Of a DNA stretch of 64,000 bases, positions 48,681 to 58,062 are shown piece after piece. The notes beneath the pieces are model-generated. The model ran no database searches, had not been told where the DNA came from, and worked only from the letters and a program-made list of their open reading frames with translations. Numbering within the stretch: position 1 is the first letter of the stretch; the number at the start of each line of letters is the position of its first letter. The position numbers and the translations under genes were made by a program. The stretch spans positions 1 to 64,000 of the IMG/VR virus record IMGVR_UViG_3300017917_003893; one strand, written 5' to 3'. Source of the stretch: a virus.

Positions 48681-49768
48681 ATATTACTTATAAATTTATA
48701 TAATTTTTTTATATATTCTCTTCTTTTATATTCTGGATTTGTCATACAATAAACAACAAAAGCAAAATATTTAACTTTTTCTATAAGAACCTCTCTTTCA
48801 ATTATACCACCAGCATATCTAAATTCGCAATAGTTATCAGAAAGCTTTGTTATATTAAATCCAAGATTTTTAAATCCTATTTGATTTACCTTCTTTGTTA
48901 AGAAGCTATTTAATACCTCTTCGGATTCTTCAAGATTATTAATATCAAGTCCTTTGATTATATTTTTTTCTTTATCACTCATTTCTTTAAGATATGGTAT
49001 TAATGATCCGCAAAACTTGTTATTCATTCTCCAAGTCATATCTTTGAATGTGTATGGTGTTGAATCTTTATCAGAAAAGTCATTTAATATTAACAATCCT
49101 TTAATTGGATTCCATTTAACCTTTTGATTGGAACCTAGATTTATATGTATTCCAGTTCTTTCTGAAAAGTGCCAGTAATCCTGTTTTTCTAAATCATTGT
49201 AGAAGTCATTTATCATTTCAATAGATTCTGATAAACTAGGTATATAAGTCTTTGGTTTTATTTCAATTCCTCTTTCAAGAGTTGCATCTCCAACAAAGTC
49301 AATCTTTCTATTCCATTTTCTAACAAAATTAGGCATATGTGTTCTTACCATTCTTTTTAGATATGTATAGTCTTCTTCTATAATAACTGATTTTAATGAG
49401 TTTTTCAAATGAGATACTATTTCTATTTGTCTCTCATCTGTATATTTGCTTATGTCAAATATTCTATCAAATGTGTTTTCATTGACATTTTTAGATTCCA
49501 CTTCATCATATAATGAATATGCTAGATTGAATATTAATTCCTTCTCTGATTTCTTTCTAATTTTAAAGTCTTTAGTTACTGTTTCTAAAACATCTTCAAT
49601 AGTTTCTTCATCTAAATCTTTGTATTTATACTTTAGATTACCTTTGTCTAATGTTTCTATTTCAAACTCAAATGCCACTGTAAAGTAGTTATTTAATTCA
49701 GATTCTATGAATGCTATATCTCTTGGGTTAACCTCTTCAAATAGAGAAAATTTTACTAAGTATCTCAT
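48677..49768 (-). CDS. Putative amidoligase (COOH-NH2 ligase fold)
   Basis: FEFEIE, D.TL..GIEI, TGIHIN, EFRY.GG motifs. Confidence 0.65.
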   Translation of the reverse strand: MRYLVKFSLFEEVNPRDIAFIESELNNYFTVAFEFEIETLDKGNLKYKYKDLDEETIEDVLETVTKDFKIRKKSEKELIFNLAYSLYDEVESKNVNENTFDRIFDISKYTDERQIEIVSHLKNSLKSVIIEEDYTYLKRMVRTHMPNFVRKWNRKIDFVGDATLERGIEIKPKTYIPSLSESIEMINDFYNDLEKQDYWHFSERTGIHINLGSNQKVKWNPIKGLLILNDFSDKDSTPYTFKDMTWRMNNKFCGSLIPYLKEMSDKEKNIIKGLDINNLEESEEVLNSFLTKKVNQIGFKNLGFNITKLSDNYCEFRYAGGIIEREVLIEKVKYFAFVVYCMTNPEYKRREYIKKLYKFISNI

Positions 49769-49811
49769 AAACTATATATAAAATTAATATATAAAAAAAC
49801 TAAATATAATT

Positions 49812-50054
49812 ATGCCAGCTCGTTCAAAAACACAACAAAGATTAATGGGATTAGCTTATGCCTATAAAACAGGTGAGATAAAAGCTAAAGATTTAAATCC
49901 AGAATATGCTGATGAAATTAAAAAATTAGCTAAATCAATGACTGAGAAACAACTAAGAGATTTTGCTAAAACTAAACATAAAAACCTTCCTGAAAAAGTA
50001 GAAGAAAGTAGAATAATGAATTTTAATTCATTTGTAAATAACAGTTGTTTGTAA
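49812..50054 (+). CDS. DUF3008-like small basic protein
   Basis: MPARSKTQQR.MG.A.A.K.GE...MTEKQLRDFAKTKHKNLPEK. Confidence 0.65.
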   Translation: MPARSKTQQRLMGLAYAYKTGEIKAKDLNPEYADEIKKLAKSMTEKQLRDFAKTKHKNLPEKVEESRIMNFNSFVNNSCL

Positions 50055-50429
50055 TTAAGTTATAGTTGCGTAAACTTGATAATCAGATACTTCAAAATAT
50101 ACTTCCATGTATTCTTGATATCGTTCAGGATCCTCAAATATATTTACACTCAAAGTATAAGTTAGAGATTCTAACTCTGGTATATACTGTCTTATTTGAC
50201 CTCTTAGAGACGACTCTATTGTCTCAGCTGATAGTCTTGTTTCATGTAAATAAACAGGTAAATCTCCACCAAAATTTGGATCGTAAAATAGTTCACCTTT
50301 ACTAGTGAATACTATCATTTCCCACTTTTGTACAATAACTCTTATAAGCTCATCCTCAATGATTTTTGCATCATTAAATCTTGGATGACCTGGGAAACAA
50401 ATATAAAAGTCTGAAAAATCAAAAGCCAT
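50055..50429 (-). CDS. gp25: Baseplate wedge protein (gp25/GPW family)
   Basis: FTSKGE..YDPNFG..L..YL.E and I.QYIP. Confidence 0.75.
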   Translation of the reverse strand: MAFDFSDFYICFPGHPRFNDAKIIEDELIRVIVQKWEMIVFTSKGELFYDPNFGGDLPVYLHETRLSAETIESSLRGQIRQYIPELESLTYTLSVNIFEDPERYQEYMEVYFEVSDYQVYATIT

Positions 50430-50462
50430 AACATATATATTAATATATTATGGCTTCTTTTA

Positions 50463-51425
50463 TTAGAGAAGAATTTCTCTAAACTTACCTATTATTGTAA
50501 GTCCTAGTATTATAGGGTCTGTGTTTGTTTCTAATTTAGATGAATAGTCAGCTATTATAAAATTACATTCAAATAGTTTATCTACATTTTTACCTTCGGA
50601 TATTGACCAGTCTATAAAAGGTTTTCCTAATAATCTAATCATTACGTCAATCTTTTCAGCGCCAAAATTTGTCATTAAAAAGTGATAAATTTTCTCATAA
50701 TCTAAAGATTTTTCATATATGCAGTTGTATAAATCTAGTTTTACTTTATTTGATACATTGGATGTATTACTACCAAGACTTCCGGTTTCTAAATAGTTTT
50801 GAACTTCAACCATTATAGATCTAAAGTCTGGAAACTTCTTAGTTATTATTGAAATTAGGTCTTCTTTAGGTATCTCTTTGTTTTCTTTAGGTAGAATTAC
50901 ATTATTAATTCTTTTGTAGATTTCTTGTTTAAGATATTTTTCTTCATCTAAGCTCTGACAATCAAAATTTATTTGAGGTATTCTAGATTTAATACCGTCA
51001 GATATTTTATTAATATGATTTGTTGTTATAATAAATCTTACATTTTTATTGTATTTCTCAATAAAAGCTTTGAACGCATCTTGGAACTGAGGAGAAACTC
51101 TTTCAAATTCATCTAAAAAGATAAATTTTATATCGGAATCAGTCTCCATCATAGGTTTAAACTTACAGAAGTCCTCTATCTCACTTCTTAATACATCAAT
51201 AGATGTGTAAAGTGATGAGTTTAATTCTAAGAAAGGCTTATCTTTTGTATATCTACCTATTAATATTCTAGCCAGACTTGTTTTTCCGGTTCCAAAGTGA
51301 CCGTAAAATATAAAATTTTGATTTATACCACTCTCAAAGTGTTTTCTAATTCTTGGTAAAAGAATAACATCGTCCATATTTTTTGGACGCCATTTTTCCC
51401 ATAAAAGTAATGAATTAACAGACAT
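50463..51425 (-). CDS. gp44: Clamp loader AAA+ subunit (T4 gp44/RFC-like)
   Basis: LWEKWRP..., GHFGTGKTS, LDEFE, SR, FPDFR. Confidence 0.9.
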   Translation of the reverse strand: MSVNSLLLWEKWRPKNMDDVILLPRIRKHFESGINQNFIFYGHFGTGKTSLARILIGRYTKDKPFLELNSSLYTSIDVLRSEIEDFCKFKPMMETDSDIKFIFLDEFERVSPQFQDAFKAFIEKYNKNVRFIITTNHINKISDGIKSRIPQINFDCQSLDEEKYLKQEIYKRINNVILPKENKEIPKEDLISIITKKFPDFRSIMVEVQNYLETGSLGSNTSNVSNKVKLDLYNCIYEKSLDYEKIYHFLMTNFGAEKIDVMIRLLGKPFIDWSISEGKNVDKLFECNFIIADYSSKLETNTDPIILGLTIIGKFREILL

Positions 51426-51491
51426 ATTAATATAATTATTATTAGGTATATAAACTTATTAAGAGAAAGTTTATTATTAATATATACTCAT

Positions 51492-52445
51492 ATGATAGGT
51501 GAAAGATTTAATTTTGAAGACGTATTTTTTAGAGATTTAACAGTCTGTGTTCTTGATACTTTAGAAGGTCAAGTCAAATGGATAAATAGATTCTCATCAG
51601 GTGATGTTTTTGTGCAAGTTCCTTTTTACTATTCTTTAACTGGTGATGAGAGATTTTTATTAGATTCATTTGCAGATGATATAGTTTCTGAAAATAGATT
51701 CGTTGAGTTAAACACTGATATGATACCAAGAGGTCATCTTACTATGACTGGTTTTAATATTAGGTCTGATGAATTTGCAAATCCTAATGTTTGGCTAAGG
51801 ATGGTTGTTGAGAATGAGGTCGAGATTAGAAAAGTTATAGCTAAAGTTAGAGCTGTTCCAATTACGGTAAATTATGACTTAGAGATATTATTAAGTTCTG
51901 AAATCGATACATTTAAATGTAGTCAGGCTATAATGGATACATTATGGCTTTATAAGTTCATGTATTTTGAGTATAATTTTATGAATATTGATGCTGTTAT
52001 ATTAATGCCTGATAGTAATTCTATTGAGATGTCAAGAGAGAAAAATCTTACAAGTGATAATAATATAAAGATGAAAGTTTCTTTTACAGTTGAGACTTAC
52101 TATCCAGCATTTAGAAGTGATAGAGTTAACTCTACCGGTTATCCTCAGTCTTATGGTTCTGGTATGTCAGACCTAAATGGATTTGCTTTTTCAGGTGGAT
52201 ATTCTGACTTTTTTAATCAACCAGGTAAAGCAACACCTTATGGACAAACAGGTAGTTTCTATAATACTCAAGGTGCAGCATCGCCTACTGACCCATATGG
52301 AAGTTCTACAAATTCAGACTATCTTATTGTAGGACCAAAACGAACTAGATGGTTTAATAATATACTTAGGGCAAGAGAAAAAGCCAGTGGAAATATTAAT
52401 AATCCAAATGGTATAAAAAGTCCAAGAGACTCGTCAAATCCTTAA
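51492..52445 (+). CDS. Tail terminator/sheath stabiliser (T4 gp15-like)
   Basis: VQVPFYY, IPRG, VPITVNYDLEI, F.VETY.P pattern. Confidence 0.6.
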   Translation: MIGERFNFEDVFFRDLTVCVLDTLEGQVKWINRFSSGDVFVQVPFYYSLTGDERFLLDSFADDIVSENRFVELNTDMIPRGHLTMTGFNIRSDEFANPNVWLRMVVENEVEIRKVIAKVRAVPITVNYDLEILLSSEIDTFKCSQAIMDTLWLYKFMYFEYNFMNIDAVILMPDSNSIEMSREKNLTSDNNIKMKVSFTVETYYPAFRSDRVNSTGYPQSYGSGMSDLNGFAFSGGYSDFFNQPGKATPYGQTGSFYNTQGAASPTDPYGSSTNSDYLIVGPKRTRWFNNILRAREKASGNINNPNGIKSPRDSSNP

Positions 52446-52530
52446 TAATAAATAATTTTAAAAAGTGGTAAAAAATGACTTTTTGCCATTAATATATAGA
52501 GTATATAAATAAAAAAAAATATTTTAAAAT

Positions 52531-53814
52531 ATGAAGAATCTTAAACTTGAGTTATTTAACTTCAAAAAGAATCTTACTCTTGACCAGGAGGAAGTTTCTG
52601 TGATAGTTGAGGGACATATGAATGCTTGTAACGAATTATCGGAAAAGCAAGTTATCGTTTCTCTTAATGAAAGACTTAAACCATACACATACGATAAGGA
52701 TGTTAAATCACTTTTGGAAAGTCTTAATGATGATATGAAAAACTATGAATTGTTATATGAATTGAAAAATTTATATAATGTTCTTAATTCTAAAAATCAA
52801 GGAGAACTTTACAGACAACCATTAAATGTTGTTCTTCAAACAATTAACTTAGAAAGTGACCAAGATAGAATGTCTAAAATTCTTAACGAATTAGCAGTTT
52901 ATGATTGGGTTCCTGAAGTTAAATTATTTGTTCATAACTTAACAAAATCACCAGAAAAGAAAACAAATCTTTTAAGTGGTGGTAAAGGTGAATCTACATT
53001 CACTATAGTTGAACAAGTAGAAGATGGTCATGTTGCTTTAGTTAAAGATTCTTGGTTCTTATTAAGTGAAAATGCAATTGAAAAAACATTATTAGAAAAT
53101 CATGTTAAAGATGAGGAAGCTCTAAAATCTTTAAGAATGTTGGAAACAGCAATGAAGTATGCTCAAGTTACTGAAGATAGAGTTAATTTTAGAATTTCTG
53201 AATACTTAACTGTTGGTTTATCTGTTGGTAAAAAATCTGGTCTATATATCAACGATGATGAGTTAAATGAAGATACAACATTAGAATCTTTATTCTCTTC
53301 TCCAATAGTTCCTATTGTTAATAAAAATTTCTATCCAATTTTAGTTGAAGTTTCTAAGAACTTAGACAAATTTGTTGAGTTAGATGTTGTTAAAAGAGTT
53401 AACAATTTAATTAATCCTTATTTAGAAGTTTTTGCTTTCAATTACAAAAACAATGTATTTGTATACAGATGTGATGAGAGATATGGTAATTCATTCTTCA
53501 AATATGAATCAGCTCTTGAATTAGTAAATGAAGTTAGAAATGAATTAAACTATGATTTAACTTATTTCTATGAGAATTCTTTATCTAAAGAATTAATCGT
53601 TAAAAGAAAACTTGAAGATAAAGAAAGAGAAATCACTCTTAAATTAGAAGATGTTAACTTTAACATTTCTAAAGTTAAAGGTTCTATAAAAATGATAGGT
53701 GAGTCTGAAGTATTAACAACAGCTCTTAAAAACCTAGAGAAGAGAAAGCAAAACTTAGATACTGAGTTAAATGCTACTAAAGAACTTCAATATAAAGAAA
53801 GAGTTAAACTTTAA
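52531..53814 (+). CDS. Hypothetical late protein with C-terminal coiled coil
   Basis: 427 aa; own TAATATATA promoter and terminator. Confidence 0.75.
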   Translation: MKNLKLELFNFKKNLTLDQEEVSVIVEGHMNACNELSEKQVIVSLNERLKPYTYDKDVKSLLESLNDDMKNYELLYELKNLYNVLNSKNQGELYRQPLNVVLQTINLESDQDRMSKILNELAVYDWVPEVKLFVHNLTKSPEKKTNLLSGGKGESTFTIVEQVEDGHVALVKDSWFLLSENAIEKTLLENHVKDEEALKSLRMLETAMKYAQVTEDRVNFRISEYLTVGLSVGKKSGLYINDDELNEDTTLESLFSSPIVPIVNKNFYPILVEVSKNLDKFVELDVVKRVNNLINPYLEVFAFNYKNNVFVYRCDERYGNSFFKYESALELVNEVRNELNYDLTYFYENSLSKELIVKRKLEDKEREITLKLEDVNFNISKVKGSIKMIGESEVLTTALKNLEKRKQNLDTELNATKELQYKERVKL

Positions 53815-53828
53815 TATTAAATATTAAT

Positions 53829-53861
53829 AAAAATCCTCAAAGAAATTTGAGGATTTTTTTT
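53829..53861 (+). terminator. Intrinsic terminator
   Basis: AAAAATCCTCAAA-GAAA-TTTGAGGATTTTTTTT. Confidence 0.85.
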
Positions 53862-53953
53862 ATTTTAAATAAACTTACATGTTACATGATTATATAACAT
53901 GAAAGGTTAAAGAATTTAATTTTACTAAATTCTTAAAAAATAAGAGCCTATGA

Positions 53954-54319
53954 ATGTATTTAAATAATAAAGACCTGTATGTTGAAATTATAGTTTCTAA
54001 AGCACAGGGAAAACTAACAAGAAATGCCGAAAAAATGTTGGAGTTATTGGCTAAAAAAACAATCAAAAAAATGAGGTATTGGTCAAATGATGATAAACTT
54101 GATTGTTATCAATCCGGACTTCTTGATATGTTTCAAAATTGGTATAACTTTAACGAAGATAAATCTGTAAATGCTTTTGCTTATTTTACTGAAGTCTTCA
54201 AAAGAGGAATAGCTAAAGGTTATAATGAACTGTATAAAAAGAAAGGTGATAATGAACATCAAATTAGATTAATTTCAATTGAAGGTTCTAATGATGGACA
54301 AGGATTACACTCTTTATAA
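53954..54319 (+). CDS. gp55: Late-transcription sigma factor (T4 gp55-like), 121 aa
   Basis: YLNNKDL N-terminus and the NFNEDKSVNAFAYFTE region-2 signature. Confidence 0.75.
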   Translation: MYLNNKDLYVEIIVSKAQGKLTRNAEKMLELLAKKTIKKMRYWSNDDKLDCYQSGLLDMFQNWYNFNEDKSVNAFAYFTEVFKRGIAKGYNELYKKKGDNEHQIRLISIEGSNDGQGLHSL

Positions 54320-54337
54320 TAAAAAGAACTTTAAAAT

Positions 54338-54366
54338 AAAAAACCCACTCAATGAGTGGGTTTTTT
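54338..54366. terminator. Bidirectional intrinsic terminator
   Basis: AAAAAACCCACTC-AAT-GAGTGGGTTTTTT. Confidence 0.85.
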
Positions 54367-54387
54367 ATTCTTCATCTTCATCTATTT

Positions 54388-55476
54388 TTATGCTTCTGTT
54401 GATACTTCAACTTCACTGTATACTGTTTTAAGCATTCTAAGTGCAACTTGATAAGGGTTGCAATTTGAAGCCGGTCTTCTATCCTCAAAATATCCTTTTC
54501 CTTCAACGATTGCCTGAGCTGGAATTCTTATAGAAGTATCTCTTGTGCTATATCCAAAACTAAACTCGTGAATTCCTGATGTTTCGTGAGCACCTGTTAA
54601 TCTTTGTTCATTATGAAGACCATAAACTTCTATGTGTTTCATATGATTCTTTTCCAATTTAGCCATAGTTTCTTTAATTAAATCAAGACCACCTTCTTCT
54701 CTCATCTCTTTTGATGAAAAATTAACATGACATCCTGTTCCATTCCAGTCACCTTTGATTGGTTTTGGGTGTAGAGAAACGTTTACATTATGTTTTTCAG
54801 CAACTCTATCTAGAATATATCTTGAAATCCATAATTGGTCAGAACCTTCTAAAGCAGTTACTGGTCCAATTTGATATTCCCATTGACCTAATAGAACTTC
54901 AGCGTTAATTCCTGAAATATCTAAACCTATTTCCATACACATATTCATATGCTCTTCAACTATTTCACGTCCAACAACTGTGTCGGCTCCAATTCCACAA
55001 TAGTAATCTCCCTGAGCTCTAGGTGTTTTGTCTATTTGAAATCCTAAAGGTAAACCAATTCCTTCGCCAAATGGCATATGTGGTTTATGAGTTAGAGTAT
55101 ATTCTTGTTCCCATCCAAACCAAGGAAGACTATTTTTGTCACCTTTCTCATCTAGTTTCAATTCATTTAGTTTATTAACTAATGATCTTCTATGATTTGT
55201 TTTATGTGGTGTTCCATCTGGGTTAAGAACTTCACAAAAAACTAATCTATTTGGAAATCCTCTGAATGGATCAGTTACTACAAAAACAGGATTCAAAAGA
55301 CAATCTGTGTTTTTTCCTTTACCAGCTTCAGCCTGTAAAGTTGAACTTCCATCAAATGACCATATTGGATAACTATCTGGGTCATTGGAGTGAATCTCTT
55401 TTGCTATTTTAGTTTTACTTCTTAATCTTTGTGGATTTGATCCATCAAGCCAAATGTACTCTAATTTAATATTCAT
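54388..55476 (-). CDS. glnII: Glutamine synthetase type II
   Basis: LEYIWLDG, FDGSST.QA, WFG.EQEY, QG.YYCG, GINAEV..GQWEYQIG, HPKP..GDWNG.GCH.NFS, GYFEDRRPASN. Confidence 0.95.
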   Translation of the reverse strand: MNIKLEYIWLDGSNPQRLRSKTKIAKEIHSNDPDSYPIWSFDGSSTLQAEAGKGKNTDCLLNPVFVVTDPFRGFPNRLVFCEVLNPDGTPHKTNHRRSLVNKLNELKLDEKGDKNSLPWFGWEQEYTLTHKPHMPFGEGIGLPLGFQIDKTPRAQGDYYCGIGADTVVGREIVEEHMNMCMEIGLDISGINAEVLLGQWEYQIGPVTALEGSDQLWISRYILDRVAEKHNVNVSLHPKPIKGDWNGTGCHVNFSSKEMREEGGLDLIKETMAKLEKNHMKHIEVYGLHNEQRLTGAHETSGIHEFSFGYSTRDTSIRIPAQAIVEGKGYFEDRRPASNCNPYQVALRMLKTVYSEVEVSTEA

Positions 55477-55560
55477 ATATGTTGTTTTTTTTTTAATTTT
55501 ATATCATTTACTAAACTTTGTTTATTCGTTTTAATAAAATATTTATCTAAATTTAAAATA

Positions 55561-55860
55561 ATGAATAAGGTACTATTACAACTCTGGGAAGAATCTAATA
55601 ACAATAATGATTTTTTAAGTGATGGTTGTTCTTTACATATAGATTTAACACAAAGAAATAATTATATATCATCTATTTATGGTGATAGAAGTCATAATAG
55701 TGAAGGTTATGATAGAATAGTTGGCGACTGCGTTGAAGTTTTTGTAACTGATAAGTTATATGAGATGATTAAAAATGATAAGAGTGTTAAACTACCAGAG
55801 TCTTCTTTTCAAAATTTATTAACTTTTGAAGATATAATCTATAATAAGTCTATAGTATGA
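55561..55860 (+). CDS. Hypothetical protein
   Basis: 99-aa ORF with a QLWEES...DGCSLH motif. Confidence 0.65.
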   Translation: MNKVLLQLWEESNNNNDFLSDGCSLHIDLTQRNNYISSIYGDRSHNSEGYDRIVGDCVEVFVTDKLYEMIKNDKSVKLPESSFQNLLTFEDIIYNKSIV

Positions 55861-56195
55861 TGTTTTATTTACCCATAATTCTCTTTATTTGGTCAGAGAT
55901 ATACTATGTTTACAATAAGTCTAAATTAGATGTTAGATTTAAAAATAAAGATATTTCAAACTCATCTAAATATGATTTACTCTATTATTTTAGTAGGGTA
56001 TTTTACTACATTTGGTTATCTTTTGGAATTTTTACAAGTCAATCAGATATATTTATCTTTTTATTTATTTTAATACTATTAAAATTACCTTTTTATTTTA
56101 TTAGTAAAAGAGTTTATTTTATATGGAATAATATACTACCTAGTATTTCAGTTATCTTTATGATAATTGCACTTGTTTATTATATTAAAGGTTAA
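55857..56195 (+). CDS. Small multi-pass membrane protein
   Basis: Three to four hydrophobic segments. Confidence 0.6.
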   Translation: MMFYLPIILFIWSEIYYVYNKSKLDVRFKNKDISNSSKYDLLYYFSRVFYYIWLSFGIFTSQSDIFIFLFILILLKLPFYFISKRVYFIWNNILPSISVIFMIIALVYYIKG

Positions 56196-56712
56196 ACTTT
56201 TTTAAGTGATGTTCTGTTATTATGATAAATTCATAACCTTTTCTATTACACCAATTTATCATAGTTTCCCATTTTTGCTTATTCTTATAAGCCATTTTTA
56301 AGTCATATTCAAAGTTTTTTAATTTCTTCATACCCTTTTCTGGTACTTCTAATTTACCTTCATTTAAGTCTTGTACCATTTTGTATTCTTTAAATGGTTT
56401 AACTTCAACTACAACTTGCTTTAAAACACCTTCAGAGTTTCTCATTTCGTAATAGAAATCTGGATAGTAACAGTGTTCTTTTACTTTTGTATCACCATTT
56501 TCAAAATGTGTCATTTGGTAAGGTATTATTAAACATTCCGCGCCCCACTTTGATATACTCTTGTTATTATCTAACCATGTCATTATTTTTCTTTCCCACG
56601 AGCTTCTGTAATATACACCACCTTGTGTATTTAATTTGATTACTTTGTCTTTGTATTTTGGTATATAGTTACCTTGACTATAATTTGCGTTATTTGGTCT
56701 TGAATTTAACAT
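56185..56712 (-). CDS. gp4: Head completion nuclease (T4 gp4/TnsA-like)
   Basis: YRSSWE, WG.E...IPY, YYPDF, VEVKP, NK.KW, F.IITE..L. Confidence 0.85.
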   Translation of the reverse strand: MLNSRPNNANYSQGNYIPKYKDKVIKLNTQGGVYYRSSWERKIMTWLDNNKSISKWGAECLIIPYQMTHFENGDTKVKEHCYYPDFYYEMRNSEGVLKQVVVEVKPFKEYKMVQDLNEGKLEVPEKGMKKLKNFEYDLKMAYKNKQKWETMINWCNRKGYEFIIITEHHLKKFNL

Positions 56713-56757
56713 CTCTGTAGATTTGTTTCTTTTATATATAAAAGAAAATTTATTTCC

Positions 56758-57453
56758 ATGGGAGAATTAGTTGATAGAATTGGATTAAGAATGTTGGTCG
56801 ATGGTAGTGGTTTAGCTGATAACTTTAAAAATAATACACTATATTTTTATGATAAATATCAAAAATCCGATGAGTTAGTTACAGCTATAGGTATAAATGA
56901 CATACTTCCTGGTATGTTTTATCATTTTCACTATTTAGATAGTTCTAATTGGATGCAATACTCTCCAGTTTTTGTAACAAATTATAAAAAAGTTTCTAAT
57001 AAAATAATAATATTCGGTGTTAATTTTAATTTTATTCCTTTGGAAGTTAGAGCCTATTTATTTGATAAGTTTATGATAGAAGAAAACTTTGAAAAAGAGT
57101 TACCTTTAAAAGTTGATTACAAGGGAATGTATGACGAACTTAAAAAGTATGGATTTGAGTATGCTTTAGTTGAATATAACGCTTCTCAGATTAAATTAGT
57201 TCACAGAATTAAAATGGATGTTGTTCCTAGGTTTTTAATATCATCTCATCCAAAAAATAAATATGATCCGGCTAAATTATTTAGCATATGGCAAGTTAAG
57301 ATAAAAGATAGAGATAAAAGAGACCAAGAGATTATGCAATCAACTATTGATGATTTTTTTGATGTTAAGGATCAAATAAATGAGAAGTATGTTTTACTAA
57401 AAGACCATATTAAAAGAATTCAAGCCAATATGAAAAAATATGGAAATAGATAA
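56758..57453 (+). CDS. DNA end protector-like protein (T4 gp2-like)
   Basis: PG.FY.F.Y...SPVF...GVNFNFIP..R; divergent from gp4. Confidence 0.5.
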   Translation: MGELVDRIGLRMLVDGSGLADNFKNNTLYFYDKYQKSDELVTAIGINDILPGMFYHFHYLDSSNWMQYSPVFVTNYKKVSNKIIIFGVNFNFIPLEVRAYLFDKFMIEENFEKELPLKVDYKGMYDELKKYGFEYALVEYNASQIKLVHRIKMDVVPRFLISSHPKNKYDPAKLFSIWQVKIKDRDKRDQEIMQSTIDDFFDVKDQINEKYVLLKDHIKRIQANMKKYGNR

Positions 57454-57487
57454 TAATATATACATTAATAAAAAAACATCATAATAA

Positions 57488-57961
57488 ATGAGACATTTAA
57501 GAAAATTTGAAGAACTTGACTATTCAACATATATGAGTGCTGCTGATAAGATGGCATCTTATGGTCAAACATCTAAAGCTGAAGAGGTTAGAAAACACGC
57601 TCTTTCTATGGCTAGAAGAGTAATTGATGATATGAATTTTGGAATTTTAGTCGGTGGTGTTAGAACTTTTCCTAATGCTAAATTTGAAAATGCTAGAATA
57701 TTTAAATCTGGTAATGCTTGGTCACTTCAAGTAATACTTAAATCTGATGAAAATACACACAGTGTTAACTGTAAAGTTTTAGAGAATGGTGAGATTTCTT
57801 GGGCTGATGGAAATAAGTTTATGGATAGAGGTTCTGTTCTTAAATTTCAACAATTAGTTAAACAACTTGCTAAATTTCAACCAGACTTTTTAGCATTTAT
57901 AAAGGATAATAACTTAACACCTGAAGATCTTAAAGTTGTTTTAAGAACTTTTTATAATTAA
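57488..57961 (+). CDS. Hypothetical protein with shared N-terminal motif (MRHLRKFEE)
   Basis: 157-aa ORF; TAATATATA at 57454. Confidence 0.75.
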   Translation: MRHLRKFEELDYSTYMSAADKMASYGQTSKAEEVRKHALSMARRVIDDMNFGILVGGVRTFPNAKFENARIFKSGNAWSLQVILKSDENTHSVNCKVLENGEISWADGNKFMDRGSVLKFQQLVKQLAKFQPDFLAFIKDNNLTPEDLKVVLRTFYN

Positions 57962-58062
57962 TTATCTGTAAAAAACCTATCTTCTTTACTAGCTTGACTT
58001 TTGGTTAATTATGGAGGAAGATGCGTTTTTTAATATATAATCTAAATACTAATTAAAAATAA

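Noticed and set aside
57962-58030. Possible structured RNA upstream of the portal gene (ATCTTC...GAAGAT)
   Set aside because: Only short complementarity, with no recognisable family or supporting copies.
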